In this document: positions 19,701 to 30,626 of the stretch, piece after piece
Numbering within the stretch: position 1 is the first letter of the stretch
Layout: each line of letters starts with the position of its first letter
Origin: Candidatus Obscuribacteraceae bacterium
GTDB taxonomy: Bacteria; Cyanobacteriota; Vampirovibrionia; Obscuribacterales; Obscuribacteraceae
Length of the DNA: 64,000 nt
Assembly (NCBI GenBank): GCA_044229845.1
Contig: JBGASG010000008.1
Coordinates: forward strand, 128,001 to 192,000
Reading direction: 5' to 3'
The notes under the pieces: model-generated
What the model was told of the DNA's origin: nothing
What the model saw: the letters and a program-made list of their open reading frames with translations, nothing else
Database searches by the model: none
Made by a program: the position numbers and the translations under genes

Positions 19701-21263
19701 GACTTCGCCGGCGCCAAGCCTGAGTACGAAAAAACATACCAGCTCGATCCAAAAGGCAAAGCCGACACGCTCTACTTCATTGCCGCGCTCCAGGAGCACT
19801 TCGGTGACGGCGCCAAGGCGCTGGACACATACCGACAATACGTCACTAAGTGCCCAACGGGACAGTACCTAGAATACGCCAAACTCCGCATCGCAGCCCT
19901 GTCCAAGAACGTACTCGACATAGTAAAAATCCCGACCGCGGCCGAGAGCAAAAACCAAACCGCTATTCGTGACAATTTCGACAAAGGCGTCAAACTGCAG
20001 CAAGACGGTAAGCTGCAAGAAGCCGTTGCCATCTATCAAGACCTCCAGAAGCAGGTTCCCAACGAACCAGCCTACGCGTACGCGGAAGGCACGGCACAAC
20101 AGCAGCTGGGCAACATGGAAGCCGCGATTTCTCTTTACGAAAAGGCATCGCGCCTGGATTCGAAGAACAAGGATTACGCCAACGCATTGTCTGCTGCCAA
20201 ACAAGCACGCGGTGCCACCATGCTTGATGATGCTGCGAAGAAACAAGCAGCCGGAGACCTGCCTGGCGCGCAAGAAGCCTACAAGAAAGCAATCGCCGCC
20301 GATCCCAAAAACGCCAAGTTGCACACCTATTACGCGGCATTGCTACAGCAGATGGAAAACTGGCAGGGCGCCCGCGACGAATTCAACACCGCCCTGGCAA
20401 TGGATCCCAAGGGCGAAGGCGAAGACTACTTCTATATGGCTCGTTTGGACGAGCACTTCGGGCGCGGCGCACAAGCAAACGGCGAGTATCAGAAGTACAT
20501 AGCGCAATATCCGAAAGGACAGTATGCCGCAGAGGCGCAAGCTCGCGTCAAGGCTCTGACAGCCAATCCCAACGACGTGATCAAGATGCAAACCGCTGCC
20601 GAAGTCAAAGTTGCCGGCGAAGGGCAGGCTCTTTTTGATGAAGCTGTAAAACTCCAACAAGATAAGAAAACGGACGAAGCAATCGCAAAGTATCTGGAAG
20701 TCCTGAAGGTAATCCCGAACTCCGACGCTGCCTGGTACGCGTATGCCACTGCTTTGTTTGAGAAACAAGATTGGGACGGCGCCATCAAAGCACTTGAAAA
20801 AGCGATTCAAATTAAACCCAGCGAGGCGTCCTACAAGCAGGTACTGCAACAAGCGAAAGCCGCGAAAGGACAGGTGCAAGCTGGTCCGTTGCTGCAATCC
20901 GCCATCGACAAACAGACCAAGCAAAACGACTTGAAGGGCGCGATTGCCGATTACGAAGCCGCGCTCAAGTTGTGGGATGATGCTTCGACTCACATGAATT
21001 GCGGTACCGCCTACCAAGCCGACAACAACTTCCAGGGCGCGCTCATGCATTACGACCGCGCGCTGCAACTCGATCCGAAGTTGTTTGATGTGCTCTACTA
21101 CCGCGGGCTGGTCTACGAAAACTTGAAGAAAGCGCCGCAAGCCATCGCCGACTACAAGAAGTACTTGCAGTTACAACCGACCGGTCAAAATGCACCTGCC
21201 GTCAAAGACCGTCTCAAGGCGCTCGGCGTCAAAATGGTGACCGCGCCCGCCAAACACATGTAG
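16722..21263 (+). CDS. Giant secreted TPR-repeat protein (1513 aa) with five higher-order modules
   Basis: Signal-like N-terminus and TPR units throughout; recurrent EH(F/M)G...Y.KY....P.G...A..R...L cap. The TTG start is uncertain. Confidence 0.88.
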   Translation: MGNNVFLASRRKRVSLLISCLSTLLAATVTISPWSPSPSNFAYAAASGAVISLNNEGVKALNAGNYQLAIQKFEAAYKLDPTYQLARENLAIAYNNYGLQMQNNPGEAIKWFHKSLSLNPNNATTQGNLNTIVQMLGKNPGSYKDRMEMGRAARLAGDFDGAIVEYAAALRIKDDPKLHADLGDVYRVRDRLDDAIREFQAALKSGVDPATAADVNVKLGQAFQAKKDLKSAIVAYGEAIKAKPDDRDVLDALQAGWEQALRENPQAPENHIGLGQALQYRGDFQQAEAEYKMALRFDPNNAIAKRLLAGIPDAKRQSAINKNINAGVDLQARKQYDMAIAQYLEALKADPKNVDVIVNIGTAFQAKGDYDNAIAYYQKAQAIQPSNQLAAQGIKASTAEKREKMLEAAGKAGQELFAAKKYPEALAAYQKVAAAQPEDPENHFNIGAVLQAMGRLDEAIAEYNQAIRLNKDPKEKRYDDALAAARKKKADPIMEQAVAAHKAKDYNKAIDLYQQAISLQPDNASLYFNLAGALYSRENYPDAQKNYEKALQLDPKGQVDDLWLIGAIQEHMGDGYAAMGSYRKYVTQAPSGKFIALAKDRLDALTRNPRDTQKIKNEAELNAIASAGDAYKAGTAAYAEKRYDEALAAYQKAFAAQPKEPAYAYAVGTAFHAKQDYDNAMKWYQSAAEILKGQTKPDPVLVKDIPAAMEKAMGDKAEPIAKAAVEKQTAGDLAGAIAMYNQALQLIPKNAPLWTNLGSAYQNSDDFQNARNAYQKALDLDKKASCANYYLLAKIDEHFGKASDALNNYRKYLSECGGGQFSADANDRVKILAQGGPTQKLSTQAEIKTAKAAGDAFDAATKAQTAGNWDEAIANYNKAIQIQPKEPAYLFGLGSAYQGKQDFANAIVWYQKAVDLANSPELKTKYKDQIAEYSKYLGIAKTGAMQPIADEALKLFQAQDYKGAAGKYRQALTMMPDDPDLHLNLAAALQAADDFAGAKPEYEKTYQLDPKGKADTLYFIAALQEHFGDGAKALDTYRQYVTKCPTGQYLEYAKLRIAALSKNVLDIVKIPTAAESKNQTAIRDNFDKGVKLQQDGKLQEAVAIYQDLQKQVPNEPAYAYAEGTAQQQLGNMEAAISLYEKASRLDSKNKDYANALSAAKQARGATMLDDAAKKQAAGDLPGAQEAYKKAIAADPKNAKLHTYYAALLQQMENWQGARDEFNTALAMDPKGEGEDYFYMARLDEHFGRGAQANGEYQKYIAQYPKGQYAAEAQARVKALTANPNDVIKMQTAAEVKVAGEGQALFDEAVKLQQDKKTDEAIAKYLEVLKVIPNSDAAWYAYATALFEKQDWDGAIKALEKAIQIKPSEASYKQVLQQAKAAKGQVQAGPLLQSAIDKQTKQNDLKGAIADYEAALKLWDDASTHMNCGTAYQADNNFQGALMHYDRALQLDPKLFDVLYYRGLVYENLKKAPQAIADYKKYLQLQPTGQNAPAVKDRLKALGVKMVTAPAKHM

Positions 21264-21316
21264 AGTCGGTGGCCGCCTAAAGCGCGGTCGGCGATGCGTT
21301 GTCCCCCTAAGGCATT

Positions 21317-21552
21317 GACCGCAGTGGCGGCCAACAAAAGACATTTTTGACCGCAGTGGCGGCCAAACCTCGCATTTGTGGCCGCCGTGGCGGTCAAATG
21401 CTGCTGTGTCCGACCGCCGTGGCGGCCACCGCGAACGAAGCACATCGGCGCCGTCATCGATCCGCGCGCATCGATCCGTTGTCGGCATTGTCACCTCCCA
21501 CGTTGTCCGCCACGGCGGGCAAATCGAGCCATTCGTGTCCGCCAAGGCGGAC
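21317..21552. repeat. Array of 16-bp palindromes (GNCCGCMNNGGCGGNC) at about 32-bp period
   Basis: Units at 21317, 21349, 21380, 21412, 21505 and 21537, between convergent genes. Confidence 0.85.
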
Positions 21553-21600
21553 AGAGTGGGATCACCCGGGTGGTTAGCGACCCGTTCATCAAGCGGGGGC

Positions 21601-21640
21601 CTCATTTCGTGGGCTGCGGCGCTCATTTCGTGGGCTGCGG
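21601..21640. repeat. 19-bp direct repeat duplicating the 3' end of the SGNH gene
   Basis: CTCATTTCGTGGGCTGCGG at 21601-21619 and 21622-21640. Confidence 0.9.
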
Positions 21641-22498
21641 TGCGGATGGTTTGTAGGCGAGGTAGTATTCCCAGGCGAGACGCTGAAGTTCTTCTGCCTT
21701 CGCCGGCGGCAGGTCAACGACGGTAATGTCGCGCTTGCGCGTTTCGTTGAGTGCGGTGATCTTCGCCGGCATGCCCGTTGGCTCGCGCCCGAACATGTAG
21801 CAGTAGAACACGCACGCCGAGAGATATGAGCCCTCCGGTCCCGGATGGTGATGGTCGCTCGACCAGAGATCGATTTTTGGATTTTGCCCGACTGCGTAAA
21901 ACCAGGTTTCGCCGACCGGAATCACCGGTGCGCCGGTTGCCTCAGCCAGCTCGGCGTAAGCTTTCGTGACCTTCGCCTGATTATCCGCTTGTCCGAGATA
22001 GGCATAAGTCTGAAATAAGATCGGCTGCTCGTGATGCTCACGAGCCATCTGTGCAAGCTGGTATCCGTAGTAGATCAGACCCTTACGATCATAGATAGGT
22101 TCGGTGCTCGCCCCTTGAATAACCATGTAATCGAACGGACCGTTGTTATCTAGAATCCGCTTCACGAGCCCGTCGTCGATATGCTGCTCGAGGCGCCGCG
22201 ATGGTATCAGCACCTGCCAGAATTTAGTTTGCTTGTGCAAACCCCGATCACTTTCAATAAACGCTTTGAGAATTGCAGGAATCGAATTTGTAAATGTGAG
22301 ACTGTTGCCGACCCACATGATTTTGACCGCGTCCGCGTCCTTGCTGTCGGAAAGCCGTGGTGCCTGGTTGACCTCCATCTCGCAAAGTGCGCGGTCGAAC
22401 ATAAACCAGAAGCCGACACCAAAAATAACAACGAATGCCACCACCGCGAACAGAAATAATTTGATCACTCGCCAAACGGTTTTTTTGGTTATCGCCAT
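21623..22498 (-). CDS. Membrane-anchored SGNH/GDSL hydrolase family protein
   Basis: N-terminal TM helix; block I WVGNSLT; block V DHHHP. Start moved to the ATG at 22498 to avoid overlap with rsgA. Confidence 0.78.
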   Translation of the reverse strand: MAITKKTVWRVIKLFLFAVVAFVVIFGVGFWFMFDRALCEMEVNQAPRLSDSKDADAVKIMWVGNSLTFTNSIPAILKAFIESDRGLHKQTKFWQVLIPSRRLEQHIDDGLVKRILDNNGPFDYMVIQGASTEPIYDRKGLIYYGYQLAQMAREHHEQPILFQTYAYLGQADNQAKVTKAYAELAEATGAPVIPVGETWFYAVGQNPKIDLWSSDHHHPGPEGSYLSACVFYCYMFGREPTGMPAKITALNETRKRDITVVDLPPAKAEELQRLAWEYYLAYKPSAPQPTK

Positions 22499-22559
22499 GA
22501 AGATGCTTTTGAAGATGCTTTGCTGATGCTTTTGTTGATGTTGGTGTGGGGTCAGTTCT

Positions 22560-23741
22560 TTAGTTGTCTTCGTCCAAATCCGAGTCGTCGAGGTACGGCT
22601 CCCTATCGACTTCCCCATCTCCAGCCCCATCCATGTCCTCATCGACGATTTCTTCACCCTCGGCGTCGATATCGGTGAGTTGCTGCTTTTGCTTGCGACG
22701 CGAGTCGGCGCGGTAGCGACTGCTCAGTTTTGGAATCGAACGGGCACCACCTTTGCCACCAACTACTTTCACAACACCAGTTTCGACCTTCTGCGAGGTC
22801 TGCTTTTGCAACTGCTGCTCCTGCTGAGATTCGCCGATGATCGTCTGGTAACTGTCGTAGCGCGCAGGCGCGATTTTATCGATGTTTTCCAGCACCGCAC
22901 AGCCGGTCTCCACCAGGTGCAGGCAGTTTGCGTATTTGCACTCCTCAGCAAATTGCGCGATATCAGGAAACTGCCATGCCACCTCCTGCGGTTGCGGGTG
23001 ACGCAATTCGCCAAGCGAGAAACCGGGAGTGTCGGCTATCCACGTTTCCCCCCCATGAGCACCGCCACCCGGAACTGATGCCTTGATGGGCAGTTGATAC
23101 AGCTCGCTATAAGTGGTTGTGTGCCGACCGACCAATAATTCTTCCCGGACGTCGACCTTCAAATTGAGCGTTGGGTTCAATTTGTTAATGAGGCTGGATT
23201 TACCTACGCCCGAGGGTCCGGTGAGCACCGACGTGCTTCCGGCAAGCGCAGCCTGCAATTCCTCGATTCCCGCGCCAGTTTTGGCAGAGACAAGTAACAC
23301 TCTGTAATCAAGTGGTTCATAAATGTTTCGTAAAGCCGCCAGCTCGCTTTCTTCGGCGAGATCGCACTTGTTCACCAACACGAAATGCCGCACTGCAGGC
23401 AGTTCTAGCTGCAAATGGACCAGGTACCGATCACACAACAACCCATTAAAATCGGGCTGCCGTGACGCTTGTACAATAAACACCTGGTCGACGTTCGCTA
23501 AATACGGGCGAGACAGCAAATTGCGGCGCTCCAGCCGAGCAACAATCACTGCTGTCCCTCTGCTGTCGGAGTTAGCGTCGGTGAGGTCTACTTCATCGAT
23601 TTCAACTTCGTCTCCAGTGAAGATTGATACGCCCTCTTTCTTCAAGCGAGCTCGAACCGGGCATTGGAGCGTGGCATCATGCTCCGGCGTGTACACCAGA
23701 TACCCGCCTGCATGCCTTCTCAACACTCGCCCTGTCACCAT
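22560..23741 (-). CDS. rsgA: Ribosome small subunit-dependent GTPase A
   Basis: Circularly permuted G motifs NKCD, VSAKTG, GPSGVGKSS, GRHTT, DTPG; Zn finger CKYANCLH...GC. Confidence 0.96.
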   Translation of the reverse strand: MVTGRVLRRHAGGYLVYTPEHDATLQCPVRARLKKEGVSIFTGDEVEIDEVDLTDANSDSRGTAVIVARLERRNLLSRPYLANVDQVFIVQASRQPDFNGLLCDRYLVHLQLELPAVRHFVLVNKCDLAEESELAALRNIYEPLDYRVLLVSAKTGAGIEELQAALAGSTSVLTGPSGVGKSSLINKLNPTLNLKVDVREELLVGRHTTTYSELYQLPIKASVPGGGAHGGETWIADTPGFSLGELRHPQPQEVAWQFPDIAQFAEECKYANCLHLVETGCAVLENIDKIAPARYDSYQTIIGESQQEQQLQKQTSQKVETGVVKVVGGKGGARSIPKLSSRYRADSRRKQKQQLTDIDAEGEEIVDEDMDGAGDGEVDREPYLDDSDLDEDN

Positions 23742-23844
23742 TCCGGTGAATCGCTCCTTCTGGTAATGCTCATCATCTTAGAAGCATTTGCTGGAATCGC
23801 AAATCTAATATGATTATTCGGTGACTCTAATGACAAGCGCAATT

Positions 23845-25689
<1,845 letters not shown>

Positions 25690-25910
25690 ACCGACACAAT
25701 TAATCCAGGCGACACCGGCGTAAACGTGCTCCAGCTGGCGCTCGTTAATAAATCAGCACATCTTATGTGATCTGGGGAACTACAGCGTATTGCGGTAGTC
25801 ATTTAGATGAGCTAGCGTATGCTTTTGGTCTCGAGAGCAGCTAGTGAGTGCCGGAAATCCCGGGGGCTAGCGTGGTGATCGGAGCCAACCGTAAACAGCA
25901 GACCGTCACC

Positions 25911-28900
25911 ATGGTTCGTTCGAAGCTTCGCGAGCGCATTTTCTTTGCCGCCCTCACCGTAGGCGCGGCAGCGTTCATCTGCATGGTCACAGGCACCCAC
26001 TTCGTCATGGACGGCTGGTCGCACGACCGCATTCAGTCCATCATGTCGCAGTGGCTGACGCGCCAGGTGCACCTGGGAGAGACTTCCTGGTCGCTGGGAC
26101 TGAATGGACTGGTCTTGACCAGCGAGTCGTTCTCGGTTGACGAGAAAGACGCCAAAACGACATTTCTCAAATCAGGCAAAACCGAAATCGGGCTGGCGCT
26201 CCTACCGATGGCGCAAGGCAAGTTCTACGCGCATCACATCAAGTTTGTCGACCCGCAAATCAAAGCCGTCCATATCTCCGGCAAGCGCTGGAATTTCTCG
26301 GACCTGCCCCAGGCTCCGGGGCTGAAGTACCTCTCATGGATGCAGATCTCGGGCGGGCAAATTGCCGTCCAGGATCAAGAGACGAAACCAGCTGCCTGGT
26401 CGGGACGACATCTCGAGAATGTGACGCTGACTGTGCAACGTCCACGAGAAAACTCGGTCTGGCCGTTCGCCATCACAGCCGAGATGCCCGGCACCACCCA
26501 TGCCACACCGACCGCGCCGGGCAAAGCGTACGTCACCAAAATCAATCTCAGTGGTATCGGCACCGGTGCCCTCGATGACTGGGCAAAGAACAACCATACC
26601 TTCGAAGCTGAGGTCAACGACCTCAATGCCGAAGACGTGCACATGTTCTCGGCTGAGGCGCCGAGCATGCACGGTTTCGTAGATGCGAAGCTAAAAGGCA
26701 GCGGCGTGCCGCAAAAAGGATTCCATGCCAACGCCGACATCATCACAAAGAAACTGCGGGTAGTCATCCCGGAAGTCGGCGACTGGAACGTCGTCGACGG
26801 CACCAGCTCAGCAGATCTGGTTATCGACGAACAACAAATCGACTACAAGAACTTTTCGCTGGCACTGCCCACAGTGCTGGTGCGCTCGGACGGCAACATC
26901 GCCGACTGGCGCACCAAAGACCCGTCATACAAAATCAACTTCGACTTCGTCGCCTCCGACGTCGCCAAGCTGGCAGACATGGTGCCGGCCCGCATCTTGC
27001 CGCGCGACATCCTGGGACCGCAAGCCAGCGGCGAATTGCGAAGCAACGAACAGCTGACTATCGCGCAGGCTCTTCTACCGGCAAAGGTAGGCGGTGCCGG
27101 CATAATCAAAGCCAACTTCGTCGGCAAAGGCAAAGACCTGACCGCCGATATCTCATTGCGCGGCGATGCGCTGAGAGCCAACACACTCATGAAAAACGGC
27201 ACCCAGGTGCATACAGTCGGCAAGGTCGACATGCATGCTCAGCTGGTCAGCGTGCATCATCCCAAACAGAAAGACACCATCACGGGCACCGCCACCATCG
27301 AGAACGGGTCGCTCTCCATCGACAAGGGCGACATGGTCGCGCACGCAGTGAGCGGCAACGTCACCATCCGCAATACCGACATGTTACTGCACGAACTGAA
27401 AGGCAAGTTCGGCCCCGGCGACTTCCAGCTGAGCGGCACCTTGCCGGAGAAACCAACCGGACCGGTGGCGCTGCACTACGTGGGCAACGACATCAATTTA
27501 TTGCAAGTCAAACGAGTTATGAAGGCGCTCGATATTGATGCCATGCCCGCCAACAATCACAATATCGCCGGCACCATCAAAAACGCAGTCGTAGATGTCA
27601 CCGGCACGTTCAGAAAGCCGAATGTCGTGATGACTGCCGTGCCGAAGCAGGTCTACTTCCAGACCGGCGCCCTCGAACGCGCACTGACAGTGACGTCCGG
27701 CATCGTGCGTTATGGCGACGGTGCCTTCCGCCTGGAAGATGTGAACGGACGCCTGGGGCGCGGCACCTTCATGGTGAATGGCTCAACTACCGCCGCCGGC
27801 GCCAACAACCTGAGCGTGGAAGCCAGAGATATAGATCTATCCGATGTAGAGTTGGCAGTCAAAGGTCTCGACATACGCCCGATCTCGCTGCAGCCGCAAG
27901 TGCTGTTCGGCACGGTCGCCAGCGCTAAACTGCACGTCACAGGTTCTGCCGCCGCCCCGTCGGTCGAACTGACCACCGTTCCCAGCCACCTCTACTACGT
28001 GCCCAAAGGCTTCAGCCGCACGTTCGTGCTCACCGGCGGCAATGTTTCTTTGAAGAAAAACATTGCCACCATGCACGACCTGACGGGCTCACTGGGACGA
28101 GGCGTCTTCGTGCTGAACGGCACGGCGCACCTGACCGGTCCCGATGCAGCCTCGGACCTGAAGCTGGCAGCGCGCAACCTCGACATGTCCAACGTCAAAC
28201 TGGCCCTGCAGGCACTGGGGGTTCATCATCCCTTGCTCGCCCAACAACTGCTCTACGGCACCGCCGACGACGTCAAACTGAAACTAAAGGGTCTGAATCA
28301 GCCCCCGGATATTTCGCTGGTGGCAGTGCCGGGCAACATCCACTTCGAGCCACTGGGCAGCTCGCGGACGCTCTCACTGAGCGGCGGCAAAGTCACCTAC
28401 GAAAACGACTCGCTGCAGTTGGATAAAGTGCGCATCCATAGCCAGCGCACCAATGCCCTCGTCAGCCTGCAACTAGACAGCCTGAGCAAAAATTCGCAAC
28501 TGCACATGATCGACCTGAACGCCAAGTCGTTCGACCTCGGCGACCTGCACAGCTATCTGGCAGCCGACCGCACGCCCCCGACGGTGCGCGACACGTACCA
28601 CAAAATCATCGCGCAATACGGACTGTCGCGCCCGCACGGCACGATGTCCGGCGTTTTCCATATGGATGCTCGCGGCGACCATCCGGAGGTGACGGGACAG
28701 CTCAACCTGACACGATTCGGATTGCGTTTCTATCAATATCCGATTCACCACGTCACCGGCTCTCTAATTGCCGACGGCAAAGACATTCACCTCACCAACA
28801 TCCAGGGTTCTATCGGTAGCTCGCAGTTTCAAGTAGACGGCAAAGTAGCCGATGCCGCCACTAAGGACGCTAAGTGGAACGCCGACGTCAACATGCAGGT

Positions 28901-30602
28901 CAACGTCAAAAACTTCCTGGCGCTCATATCCACCGTCGATCCGAGCATGCAAAACATCATCACCGCCTCCGGACCGATTCCCTTGCACATGAAAGTAGCA
29001 GGCGATCTAAGCGGTATGACCACAGGACGGTTTAAGTCATCTATTCCACCGGAGACAATCATCAGTCTGGGCGGTCCGCTGGGCAACGTCACCAAACCCG
29101 CCGGACAACCGGTAAATCTGGAGGGTGCGCTCGCTTTCGGCGGCGATAATCCGCCGCGCATCGAAGTTACGGAGAGCAAAGTCACCATAGGTGATACCGT
29201 AGTCGGCTGGACCGGTGAATACATAGTAAGTGAAACTAAATCGCCCCGCCTGCACTTCTCGCTGGAGCTGCCCAATCCGCTGCCCATCAGTCAGCTGGTG
29301 GGTTTCCTGCCGGCAGATAATCGCCTCAAAGATATCTTCAAAAACGCCTCCGGTATGGCGAAAGGAAGATTGGAGTTTGAAGGTCCGACCACCGGACCGG
29401 CAATGCGCGGACACATCGACATCTCGGAAGCCAATCTGCCGGCTCTGAAAATCGCCGACGTCAGTGGACGGCTGCAGGCTAATGACTGGTTTCCTCCCAA
29501 GAAAGTGACGGCCAGCGAGCGCGCTAACATGCCCCCGTCCACGTCAAAACTGGAAATTACCCTCAGCAAGGCACGCGTCGCCGACTTCGCTTTTGAAAAC
29601 GTAGCCGGCACCGTCCTCGCCGAAGACACGGACAAAGGTCCGAAGCTGAGCTTCCGCGACATGAGCGCCGCTGTTTTCGGAGGCACCGGCACTTGCGAAG
29701 GCTGGTTCATGCTCGAAGGACAGCGCCCCTTCAGCTTGCTGACCCGGTTCAACAGCATCAATGCCGATAAGATGGTGACCGCGCTGCTGCATGCGCCAGG
29801 TCAAATGACCGGCACCATCGACGGACGCACACAGATTGACGGACTGGCAGTCACCAACGAAGAGGACTTTTTGAGAAACCTGCGGGCGATCGGCGCTTTC
29901 ACAGCGCACAACGGCAGAGTGACTCGCCTCAAAGAATTGCAGACGAAACTCACGCAGGGCAATTTTCTGATGCAAGGTCTCTTAGGATTCGACATCAATA
30001 ATCTGCTGGCAACGCTGGCACCTGTTAAGTCGGGGAGCTTCGATACGTTCGAAGGGAAATTCCGTCTGCGCAACGAGCAACTGCACCTGGCTAAGGTGTT
30101 GTTTACCGGCGTGGAACTGCGCCTGCGCGGCGAGGGAGACATCGACCTGTCCAACAAGACAATCGATATGCACGTTGCCGGCAATATCCCGCGCATCGCC
30201 AAATCGTTCCTACCGGGTCCGCTGGAATCTATTGCCAGCTTCCTCAGCCCAGGCACCATCCTCAATACCATTGCCGCCCATACCTCACTGGATTTCCCGA
30301 CGCTTCCTTTGATCGGAGACACGGGAGACAGCAAACCGCGTTCTTTTGAATTCACTGTCAAAACTAAGCTAGATAACCCGAACACAATCGCCAAAGCGAT
30401 TCAGGAAACATTCCATTTCCTGCCGCCGCAACCCTCAGCAACTGCCTACCCGGCAATCGGCATCGGCATGTCCGGGCAGGACACACGCCAGTTTGCCCCA
30501 CAACGCAGTGCCACTTCCGACACAATGATGGTTCCGCCGGCACCAGAGTCCACAATGGTCGTCGAACCTACTAGCGTGAAAGAAGCCTCAGCGGAGAAAT
30601 AA
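25911..30602 (+). CDS. AsmA-like (TamB/YhdP superfamily) envelope-spanning protein
   Basis: N-terminal TM anchor, WNFSDL motif, long beta-rich repetitive body and AsmA-like C-terminus (FDTFEGKF...GEGDIDL). Confidence 0.8.
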   Translation: MVRSKLRERIFFAALTVGAAAFICMVTGTHFVMDGWSHDRIQSIMSQWLTRQVHLGETSWSLGLNGLVLTSESFSVDEKDAKTTFLKSGKTEIGLALLPMAQGKFYAHHIKFVDPQIKAVHISGKRWNFSDLPQAPGLKYLSWMQISGGQIAVQDQETKPAAWSGRHLENVTLTVQRPRENSVWPFAITAEMPGTTHATPTAPGKAYVTKINLSGIGTGALDDWAKNNHTFEAEVNDLNAEDVHMFSAEAPSMHGFVDAKLKGSGVPQKGFHANADIITKKLRVVIPEVGDWNVVDGTSSADLVIDEQQIDYKNFSLALPTVLVRSDGNIADWRTKDPSYKINFDFVASDVAKLADMVPARILPRDILGPQASGELRSNEQLTIAQALLPAKVGGAGIIKANFVGKGKDLTADISLRGDALRANTLMKNGTQVHTVGKVDMHAQLVSVHHPKQKDTITGTATIENGSLSIDKGDMVAHAVSGNVTIRNTDMLLHELKGKFGPGDFQLSGTLPEKPTGPVALHYVGNDINLLQVKRVMKALDIDAMPANNHNIAGTIKNAVVDVTGTFRKPNVVMTAVPKQVYFQTGALERALTVTSGIVRYGDGAFRLEDVNGRLGRGTFMVNGSTTAAGANNLSVEARDIDLSDVELAVKGLDIRPISLQPQVLFGTVASAKLHVTGSAAAPSVELTTVPSHLYYVPKGFSRTFVLTGGNVSLKKNIATMHDLTGSLGRGVFVLNGTAHLTGPDAASDLKLAARNLDMSNVKLALQALGVHHPLLAQQLLYGTADDVKLKLKGLNQPPDISLVAVPGNIHFEPLGSSRTLSLSGGKVTYENDSLQLDKVRIHSQRTNALVSLQLDSLSKNSQLHMIDLNAKSFDLGDLHSYLAADRTPPTVRDTYHKIIAQYGLSRPHGTMSGVFHMDARGDHPEVTGQLNLTRFGLRFYQYPIHHVTGSLIADGKDIHLTNIQGSIGSSQFQVDGKVADAATKDAKWNADVNMQVNVKNFLALISTVDPSMQNIITASGPIPLHMKVAGDLSGMTTGRFKSSIPPETIISLGGPLGNVTKPAGQPVNLEGALAFGGDNPPRIEVTESKVTIGDTVVGWTGEYIVSETKSPRLHFSLELPNPLPISQLVGFLPADNRLKDIFKNASGMAKGRLEFEGPTTGPAMRGHIDISEANLPALKIADVSGRLQANDWFPPKKVTASERANMPPSTSKLEITLSKARVADFAFENVAGTVLAEDTDKGPKLSFRDMSAAVFGGTGTCEGWFMLEGQRPFSLLTRFNSINADKMVTALLHAPGQMTGTIDGRTQIDGLAVTNEEDFLRNLRAIGAFTAHNGRVTRLKELQTKLTQGNFLMQGLLGFDINNLLATLAPVKSGSFDTFEGKFRLRNEQLHLAKVLFTGVELRLRGEGDIDLSNKTIDMHVAGNIPRIAKSFLPGPLESIASFLSPGTILNTIAAHTSLDFPTLPLIGDTGDSKPRSFEFTVKTKLDNPNTIAKAIQETFHFLPPQPSATAYPAIGIGMSGQDTRQFAPQRSATSDTMMVPPAPESTMVVEPTSVKEASAEK

Positions 30603-30626
30603 TCCCAATTGGAAACCCGGAAACCC

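Noticed and set aside
21317..21552. CRISPR array
   Set aside because: Repeats (16 bp) and spacers (15-16 bp) are too short and degenerate and no cas genes are present. Kept as a palindrome array.
22499..22657. N-terminal extension of the SGNH ORF given in the ORF track
   Set aside because: Overlaps the rsgA 3' end and a tandem repeat. The ATG at 22498 gives a normal basic-then-TM N-terminus.
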